Assembly: GCA_044892505.1 (NCBI GenBank)
Contig: CM097884.1
Span: 40,176,001-40,240,000 of the forward strand
From: Schmidtea nova
Lineage: Eukaryota
DNA length: 64,000 nucleotides
Direction: 5' to 3'
Shown piece by piece: positions 1-7,784 of the stretch (within the stretch, counting starts at the first letter, position 1; each line of letters begins with the position of its first letter). The notes beneath the pieces are model-generated. The model did not search any database and was not told the origin of the DNA. It saw only the letters and a program-made list of their open reading frames with translations. Made by a program: the position numbers and the translations under genes.

Positions 1-900
1 TGATGTGATTGCGTGATCTACATGCATATGGTATTTCACTGCTCTCGATCTCATATGGTCAGTTTGAGTCCGAATTTCTGATTTGCGTCTTCTTTGGCTT
101 ACTTGATTAGCAACTGAATTTGTTGTTGGTCCCTGTTTATCTTCTCTGCAGAGAACCATATCGCTTCTAACTTGTGAACATGTTTCAACAATTTGTCCAG
201 ACGAAGTTCAAAAGTTCGATTTTCTGTTGTAATGTTTTTGTTGTCACCCTTTTATAATGCCAATTGAGATAAGAAAATATCAATTATCATCTCCATTTCT
301 AAAATTCAACGTTATCTAAATACAGATCTTCCAGTTAGTTATAGATTCAAAAATAAAAATAATGAAAATAATTTTTTTAAACATTCATCCCACAACAACA
401 AAGCATTTAACACATCATTAAGTATATAATACAACTACGGACACAAATTGAACCGGAATTGATGATAAATGAAAAATTTAATTTAATTTAATATTTTTCA
501 GAATTTTGTCCCTTAATCGTTTGTAGTGCCTCCGTCATTTATCTATTATTTATATATTAAAAGTTAACTAAAATTTAATAAAACATATCTTTTAATTATA
601 TCACATTATATATAGATTAAAATAAAATATCAATATAGTTGTTGTTTAAGAGAGATTTGTTTTAAAGAGAAAAAAAAAGAGTTTAAAAAAAGAAGTAGGA
701 AAAAGCAAGCCATCTGTAAAGCACTATATACTTAAAAAGCAATAATTCACGAGCAGTTTTAAAAGAATAAATTTAAATCAATAATTCTAGAAGCAGTTTT
801 AAATCCTACAAGTTCCAAATAATTCAACAATGAATATTTTAATGAAATATATTTTATTTCTCGTTTTACCAATTTTTGATTTAATTGCGTTCAACAAAAA

Positions 901-912
901 TGGTGTCAGAAG
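901..912 (+). promoter_or_regulatory. Primer-binding site (tRNA-Leu type) of the outer, decayed LTR element
   Basis: TGGTGTCAGAAG follows ...ttcaaca-aaaa. It is complementary to the 3' end of tRNA-Leu(CAA) (..CTTCTGACACCA) and matches the PBS of the nested element at 9166-9178. Confidence 0.75.
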
Positions 913-1504
913 ATCTGATCATGCACCCTATGAAAAATCTTTTACCGATTTCTCTCGTAGTTAGAATTACAGTTTCAAGGCTCCTAACATGACAAATCCA
1001 TTGAACAATTCCAATATGCAATCAATACCGAATAATTATCTAAATTGGGACAACATTCATGAGCACTCTTCACTGTCCAACTATGTTCACAATAATAAAA
1101 TCATTTCAAACGAATCAACAATCGATTCAACACATATTTTCTTCTTCAACCAACAGCTTAGATAATATATCAAATAATGAAACCACAATTACAATCAATG
1201 CGTCATCAATTATTAAATCACTAGAATTGCTGCCAAAATATTTTCAAAAATCAATAGATCTCGAAACATTAGCGTTAGAGACTCGTGAACTACATTACGG
1301 ACCACACGGATGGCTATCAAAGTTAAAAACGTACCTTGGAGGAAATCAACATCAATCCGACAGTTATTTGGGATTATCTGGCAAGTGGTATTTTATATCA
1401 ATTATTTATATTATTATATTACATATTATATTATATTTATTTACATTATTTTTATTCATATCACATTTTAAAATTATTTATATCCTTCTTCACAAAATTC
1501 ACAA

Positions 1505-2577
1505 ATGCTCTGCCCAGTTTTTCTCGACACGCTCAATACAAGTCACGCCCACAACCCTACACAAATTTCTTGGACAACAGATTTTTCGACCACCACCGAT
1601 ATTTTTTCCCCAAAATATGTCTTAACGCACTTCAATAACAAAATAACTCAAGTAAATATCACTCCAGATCTATACACAGATATAGCTGCGTTTCGCCACA
1701 TTTACAGCACATCTTTTTATTTATCGACCAACGGATTTCGCATCGCTACAACCTCTGAAATCAAACCAAACTCGATCGTAGACGTCCATTTATGTATTTT
1801 TGGAGGCGCCTGACCTCAAACAGAACCGACTTCCTCACCCGGTTCCCGTCCAATTTTGTTTTTTTGGATCCCGACGGTACGCCCTAGTCGTGATTCCACA
1901 TTTTTGAATCGCATACGTCGTCTTCCCCAAAATCACGTGCAGATTATCTACTCGACAGAATACCCTCTGAGTTGATAGCCGAGCTTGCCCTGAAAATAGC
2001 TGATGCTCTTTATGCAGATAACCCTTACGATGATTTGAAATCCCTGATAGTATCCAAATATACCTCGTCACAGACCCAGGCTCTCACAAAACCTTTGGCA
2101 CCACAAAATTACGCCGGACAATAACTCAGTATTTAGTTAGCACAGATTGCTCGCTCCAACGACACCGACGTACCTGATCTTCCCAAAAACACACAGCTCT
2201 TAAAACATCAATTTCTTTCTGCACTTCCATACCATTTACAAACCTCCCTGCATTGGTTGACTCTTAAGACCCGTATCATATTGATAAAATAACCGATCAC
2301 ATTTACGCACTTCAACCCCATAAACCACGCACCGATAATTACACACTACCATCACCATCTCCCAACACATACACCTGATAACCACTACGCTCGCAACGTC
2401 GAAAGATATGCCAACCACACGCCGCCCTCGCATAATGTACAACATCCAAACCAACCACCAACAACACGCACACAAAACATACAACCCAATAATGGCCCAC
2501 AACTAATTTGCTTTTACCATAACAGATTTAGACAACAGAAATGCTGCATCGGTTGCACTTCCGAATTCCGTACGCGT
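1505..2577 (+). pseudogene. gag: Ubiquitin-like domain (..IVDVHLCIFGG) followed by degenerate gag, 5' part
   Basis: ORF 1505-1813 ends FYLSTNGFRI..IKPNSIVDVHLCIFGGA*. The same frame continues toward gag motifs, with stops and an apparent 1-nt loss in the T-run at 1859-1865. Confidence 0.65.
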
Positions 2578-3896
2578 TTTGATATACCGGAAACCACACC
2601 AAGGTATTCAGATTTTTGGTGTGGTTGCCGATTCATCAATTTTATTTTTGTTCCCTGGCTGATTAATTTACATAAATTTACAAAAAAATATGAAGGTACT
2701 TTAGTTTTGTCGGATAACAGGGAAAGTAGGATGCCGGGTCGAATCAAAGCTCTATCGAAACCATCGGGTAATCTCCCAACGAGGATCTCATAAGATTGAA
2801 TAACCACGTAAAAACGATACACACATGGATTTGATAGTACAGTACATACGCTAACTACATTCACTTTCGGATCTTGATAGGACATCAACTGACAATAAAA
2901 TCGTAATTTTCTTAAGATTAATAAGTTCATCATATAAGAACCTTCAAAAATGCATATTGTACAGACAATGAATACAAACAATCCGAAAATAATGTCGATG
3001 TAATAATGTTGGACGATCATTGTCAAAGAACTATAGAGAGTAGCATTCAACATTAAAGCCATACCGGTGAACGGCATTTGGCCTTCCGACTTAAAACATC
3101 TACTAGAAGAATCACTTTTAAAAGGTTCGAGCAATTCCCGGGCACTTAAACTCAATCTGCCATAACTATTCACTGAAACCGGATAACGGGGGCCTTTAAA
3201 GTCACTCAAGCACATTTTTGGAGTCAAAATAGGCAAGTTATCCACCAAGAACTCGATCCTTATTTCCCACGGGAGTTGATTAAATATCAATTTTAAACGG
3301 AGAGATATATTCTGTACACATATTTCGATCTTTATAAATTTCTCTCTCTCGGTAACAAATTCAATGTTATCACTAAGATTGACATAAAAGTAGAGCACAA
3401 TAACAACTTTGGCATAGCATTGTTTATTAAAAATATTTAGTTTTAAAGTTTTAGATGGTTCCATAAATCCCTTCATTTCTAAGGCGACTATTTCTGGGAT
3501 TTCAGGCAGAATAATCACTGGCACGTTAGCGATGTAAATCGGCTGATAGCGCTTACCATGCGATTCAACTAATCTGCTGATTCCATGTTTATCATTGATG
3601 CGGAAATATCCCGACATTGATTCCTTGTACTCCGTAGTGATGTATCCATAGGAATTGATAGGCACTTCCAAACATTTACCGTTAGTTGAAACTTTCAATG
3701 GTCTGACATCTAGAAAGAATTTGTAATAAAAGACGTTTATTTTCCACTTCATATTGACAAATTCAACATTATAAGTTGCCGTAGCATTAACAGATTCAAT
3801 ATTCCTGGCGATGTCTGTCAGTCTAATATCTGCTGGCAACAAGTTGTTTGTAAAGATACTGTGGATGAATTCCAAAATATAAATTAATTTTATCAT
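2514..3896 (-). CDS. 3'-LTR copy of the LTR-encoded ORF, running out into flanking DNA; probably not the expressed copy
   Basis: Same as the first ~440 aa of ORF 7769-10498 except one V/D change; the two diverge at the LTR boundary. Confidence 0.5.
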   Translation of the reverse strand: MIKLIYILEFIHSIFTNNLLPADIRLTDIARNIESVNATATYNVEFVNMKWKINVFYYKFFLDVRPLKVSTNGKCLEVPINSYGYITTEYKESMSGYFRINDKHGISRLVESHGKRYQPIYIANVPVIILPEIPEIVALEMKGFMEPSKTLKLNIFNKQCYAKVVIVLYFYVNLSDNIEFVTEREKFIKIEICVQNISLRLKLIFNQLPWEIRIEFLVDNLPILTPKMCLSDFKGPRYPVSVNSYGRLSLSARELLEPFKSDSSSRCFKSEGQMPFTGMALMLNATLYSSLTMIVQHYYIDIIFGLFVFIVCTICIFEGSYMMNLLILRKLRFYCQLMSYQDPKVNVVSVCTVLSNPCVYRFYVVIQSYEILVGRLPDGFDRALIRPGILLSLLSDKTKVPSYFFVNLCKLISQGTKIKLMNRQPHQKSEYLGVVSGISKRVRNSEVQPMQHFCCLNLLW

Positions 3897-4197
3897 AATA
3901 AAATCGATTAGTAATAAGTTTTAATAAATTTGTTTAAAATATTTATTTTGTATTAATTTGTGCGCGGGTTAACCGCTTAACAATCTCTTTTAAACAATGG
4001 GCAATAAAATATACAAATAATAAAATTTTTACACATTTAATAATTCTTTCGCATAATCCTAAACAATGTACAATAAAATTTACAAATAATAAAATTTTCA
4101 CATGACTAACAACCTTTTTACAACTCCGATTCACACAATTTCGGAGGTACATAAAACACGCATGAACATCTATTTATGGTGTCCAAAGAACATTACA
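2580..4197 (-). repeat. 3' LTR (1618 bp)
   Basis: Direct repeat of 9182-10799. Confidence 0.95.
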
Positions 4198-4200
4198 TTA

Positions 4201-4210
4201 CCCCCCATCC
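4201..4210 (-). promoter_or_regulatory. Polypurine tract
   Basis: GGATGGGGGG 3 nt before the 3' LTR on the minus strand. Confidence 0.7.
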
Positions 4211-4286
4211 AGTAACGCGGAGCGTTTTTCTTAAAAGAAAACAAAAAAAAGATTTTAGAGGTGTTAGTATTGGTGCCCGCTCTAAG

Positions 4287-7200
4287 TTACAAGTCGTTAG
4301 TTCTAGATAGGCGGATTGGTAAGTTTGGGTTTTCGCCGATTCTTTTAGTTCGGTGCCATTCTGCTATACGCACTTTCTTAATTTGTTGTGCCTTGGGTAT
4401 CTTATTCGATGATTTTAGGATGGGTTTCAGAGTATATTTTGAAGTAGGAGTTGATTGAGTTTGCTGATCCAATATAGTTGCCGGGATAAACCATGTGTTA
4501 TCTGGTTGCGATGATTGTGTTGTTCTCTGTATTGGTATTTGTTTCTGGTTAGCTATTGGTTGTAATGTGCTGGGTGATGGGTTTTCGATTTCTAACTGAG
4601 TGGTGGGGTGATTAGTTATGAGGGATGGAGTGATTTCATTTTTGATTGGAAGTAATTTCGGTGGTGATAAAAATTGCTGAGGTAAGCGAACGACGGTCGG
4701 GTTATCCCTCTGCAGATTATGGGTTTGTATGGGGTCTGGAGGATTTGGTGGTGTAAAGTCTTGTGTCTCAGCATGCGATGTGATATTTGTAGGACTGGGG
4801 TCTTCTTCCATATAACCAAAAGCTGGCTTGAGACGGGATAGATTTATAATTGTATCCATTCCATTAATGGAAACTTTTGCAGTGCCGTTATCAAGTATTT
4901 GGAGAAGGGAATACGGTCCTTCGTAGCGTGGTTTTAGGCCGATATCGGCAATTGAGCGGATCCATACATGAGTTGCGCGATCAAAAGATCTTGGAATATA
5001 TGGTTTGTAAGTGTTTGACATTGAAAAATTTGGGTTTGAGTCCAAAGATAGGAAATGGTTTCTTGCATCCGCTAGATTTTCTAAAGTTGGTTCGCCGTTT
5101 AGCTCGACAAGTTCGTTTGGTAACATGACGTTAGTACCGAACAGTAGTTGAGCTGGAGACGAACCTGTTGTTTTTGATGGCGTATTGCGCCATCCTAGTA
5201 GAACAAAAGGTAGGGCCTTTGTCCAGTTCTTTGAAGTAGAAAGTATTCGGAGGGATGTCTTGAGTGTGCGGTGAAACCGCTCGACAGCTCCGTTTGTTTG
5301 TGGGTGGTAGGTACTAGTCCTCAGGTGTTTAATTCCTAGTTGTGTCGAAAGTTGTTTAAAAAGATGGGATTCGAATTGGGGTCCTTGATCGGTAATGAAA
5401 TGTAGAGGAACACCAAATATCGAGATCCAATGTTCTATGATCGCCGATGCTACAATATAAGCAGAAATGGATTTTAAAGGAACAGCGACTGGAAAACGAG
5501 TTTTTCTGTCCAGCATGGTTAATATATGTGTGTAACCGTTGTCTGGAGGAAGAGGTCCAACTAGATCGACATGCACCACTTCAAAACGGTTTCCCGTTGG
5601 AAAGTTATGTAAGGGTGGTCGAGTATGTCGGTGGATTTTGTGTTGTTGGCATCCTAAGCAAGATTCACACCAGTCTTTTACGTCTTGTCTCATACTTGGC
5701 CAAATGACACGAGAACGTAGTAGATTGTATGTTGCAGACGTGCCCGGATGGTGAAGGTTGTGGGTGTGGTTGAAAGCTTCGCGCCTTAACTTTTCTTGCA
5801 AAATTGGGCGGATATTTCCAGATAAGGCGTTGTCGTAGTAGATGCCTTTATCGAAAACCGTTGTATTTTGGAAGAATGACAGGTCTTTTGGGGAAGGTGG
5901 TAGAGACCTGAGAACGTCGTCAGTGAAGATCGGCTCAGTAGTGATCGTTGCAACAAGATTTCGCGATAGATAATCTGCTACAATATTCTGGCGACCTGGG
6001 AGATGGGTGATAGTGAACGCGAATTCTGATAGGTAGCTGATTTGACGTCCCTGTCTTGGTGAAGGGGTCTTCATTTCCATCATGTGAACTAGCGGTTTAT
6101 GGTCCGTCTGAATAGAAAAAGATCTGCCTTCGAGTAAGTAGCGGAAGTGGCGGACTGATTCATAAATCGCTAATAATTCGCGGTCAAACGTGGAATAGCG
6201 TTGTTCTTGTGTGGTTAATTTGCGTGAAAAGAATTCGATTTTCTCTTGACACCCTGTGTTGTTCTGTTCGAGAACTCCAGCAATGCCAATGTTGGACGCA
6301 TCGGTAGTTAAAAATAGGGGTAGATTGTTCTTTATATATGACAAAGATTGTGCTGTCGACATTGCGTCTTTGACGGATTGAAAAGCTCTTTCCAGTTCGT
6401 CATTCCACGGTAGGAGAGAGTGTTTTGGGCCGCTACAGAGAGCGGAAAGAGGTGCGGTGACCTCGGATATCCTTGGAATAAATCGGTGACAGAAATTAAC
6501 AGTTCCTAAGAAGCTGCGCATTTGGGAAACTGTATTTGGTCGTGAAAAATTGCGGATTGTATCTAGGCGTTCTGGAAGTGGTCTTACTCCGGACGTCGAT
6601 ACAAGGTGTCCAAGGAATTTTATTTCCGATTGAAAGAAGGAACATTTGTCCAAGTTAATTTGCAAATTGTTATTGTGCAATAACCTGAACACTTCTTTGA
6701 TATGTTCAAGATGTTCCGTTGCATCTTTGGACCCGATGAGGATGTCATCGATGTATGCCACCATGTATTTCTTGTCTCCTAAAATATTGTCAATGTGGCG
6801 CTGGAACGTTTGAGCTGCGTTTCGGAGACCGAATGGCATGTATTTGTATTCAAACAAGCCAAAAGGGGTGATAACAGCGGTCTTCGGGATGTCTTCTGGT
6901 GCTACCGGGATTTGGTGGTAAGCCTTTTTTAGATCTAGAGTGGAGAAGATTGTAGCTTCAGGTAATCTCGAAAGAACGTCTGATATAAGTGGCATGGGGT
7001 AAGAGTCATGTATAGTGACTTTGTTGAGGCGTCTGTAGTCACCACAGGCGCGGATAGATCCGTCTTTTTTTGTAACCACATGGATGGGTGATGCCCAAGG
7101 GGAATTCGATCGGTGTATAGTACCGGCTTCGAGTAGCTTATTGAATTCTTCCTTGACAAGTGTGAGCTTCTCGGGCGCGAGTGGTCGCATACGTTCTCTG

Positions 7201-7784
7201 TTAGGCATACCGTTATTGGTGACTATGACGTGTAGAAAAGAGGGAGTTTGTTTGTGATTGTTTGATCTCTTTTCGACGTTTGGGAACGTCTTTAGTAATT
7301 GTTGTATATAGCAAGGTGTGGCGGGTAAGACATTGAGGGCGTCGCTACAGAGGTGGTCAAGAACTTGAGCTCTAGGTGTGTGCTGTGAGAGGATTAATTT
7401 GCGTTCTCTGCAATCAGGGAGTAAACCTTCGGCATCAAGAAAATCGGCACCTAAGAGTGGATGAATCACCTCGGCGACTTGGAATGTCCATGAAAAAGTT
7501 TTGGACAGACCAGGAATTTGGAATATTAAGTTTTTTGTTCCAATAGTGGAAAAGTTTTCGCCACTGGCTGTCCGGAAGGACCTTTTTTGATTATTATCAA
7601 TTCCGAACCGATTAGGTAGGAATGAGATGATGGAACCGCTATCGATAACGAAGTGAATGGGGGCATCGACTTCATTAGAGTTCTGGGAATGAGGTACGGC
7701 GGGAACAGAAAAGAGTCCACAGGTTATGGGATCGCCATCAAAAACTGTGGGGGAGTTCGATGGCGTTTTCAGTTTTCCGAAGGC
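4287..7784 (-). CDS. pol: Pol (protease, RT, RNase H, integrase with GPY/F motif, Pro/Thr-rich tail), -1 frame relative to gag
   Basis: The frame is open from 7784, upstream of the track's start at 7469. Motifs: FVIDSG, YIDDIL, TTDAS, H..H/C..C, VHVDLVGP, TDQG, VERFHRTLK, RYEGPY. Confidence 0.93.
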   Translation of the reverse strand, partial: AFGKLKTPSNSPTVFDGDPITCGLFSVPAVPHSQNSNEVDAPIHFVIDSGSIISFLPNRFGIDNNQKRSFRTASGENFSTIGTKNLIFQIPGLSKTFSWTFQVAEVIHPLLGADFLDAEGLLPDCRERKLILSQHTPRAQVLDHLCSDALNVLPATPCYIQQLLKTFPNVEKRSNNHKQTPSFLHVIVTNNGMPNRERMRPLAPEKLTLVKEEFNKLLEAGTIHRSNSPWASPIHVVTKKDGSIRACGDYRRLNKVTIHDSYPMPLISDVLSRLPEATIFSTLDLKKAYHQIPVAPEDIPKTAVITPFGLFEYKYMPFGLRNAAQTFQRHIDNILGDKKYMVAYIDDILIGSKDATEHLEHIKEVFRLLHNNNLQINLDKCSFFQSEIKFLGHLVSTSGVRPLPERLDTIRNFSRPNTVSQMRSFLGTVNFCHRFIPRISEVTAPLSALCSGPKHSLLPWNDELERAFQSVKDAMSTAQSLSYIKNNLPLFLTTDASNIGIAGVLEQNNTGCQEKIEFFSRKLTTQEQRYSTFDRELLAIYESVRHFRYLLEGRSFSIQTDHKPLVHMMEMKTPSPRQGRQISYLSEFAFTITHLPGRQNIVADYLSRNLVATITTEPIFTDDVLRSLPPSPKDLSFFQNTTVFDKGIYYDNALSGNIRPILQEKLRREAFNHTHNLHHPGTSATYNLLRSRVIWPSMRQDVKDWCESCLGCQQHKIHRHTRPPLHNFPTGNRFEVVHVDLVGPLPPDNGYTHILTMLDRKTRFPVAVPLKSISAYIVASAIIEHWISIFGVPLHFITDQGPQFESHLFKQLSTQLGIKHLRTSTYHPQTNGAVERFHRTLKTSLRILSTSKNWTKALPFVLLGWRNTPSKTTGSSPAQLLFGTNVMLPNELVELNGEPTLENLADARNHFLSLDSNPNFSMSNTYKPYIPRSFDRATHVWIRSIADIGLKPRYEGPYSLLQILDNGTAKVSINGMDTIINLSRLKPAFGYMEEDPSPTNITSHAETQDFTPPNPPDPIQTHNLQRDNPTVVRLPQQFLSPPKLLPIKNEITPSLITNHPTTQLEIENPSPSTLQPIANQKQIPIQRTTQSSQPDNTWFIPATILDQQTQSTPTSKYTLKPILKSSNKIPKAQQIKKVRIAEWHRTKRIGENPNLPIRLSRTNDL
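7717..7778 (-). promoter_or_regulatory. -1 ribosomal frameshift signal (G_GAA_AAC plus predicted H-type pseudoknot)
   Basis: Gag/pol overlap is only ~5 codons. After a 6-nt spacer come stem CGCCATCGAA/TTTGATGGCG and loop CCACAG pairing with downstream CTGTGG. Confidence 0.7.

Noticed and set aside
1059-1400. A second Ubl ending KTYLGG in ORF 1059-1625
   Set aside because: GG is present but upstream spacing to ubiquitin strands and helix could not be matched; the later hydrophobic part is AT-rich low complexity.
2514-3896. An independent host gene or segmental duplication producing the 460-aa ORF
   Set aside because: Identity with 9182-10799 ends exactly at TG/CA LTR termini with PBS, PPT and TSD in place; it is the 3' LTR.
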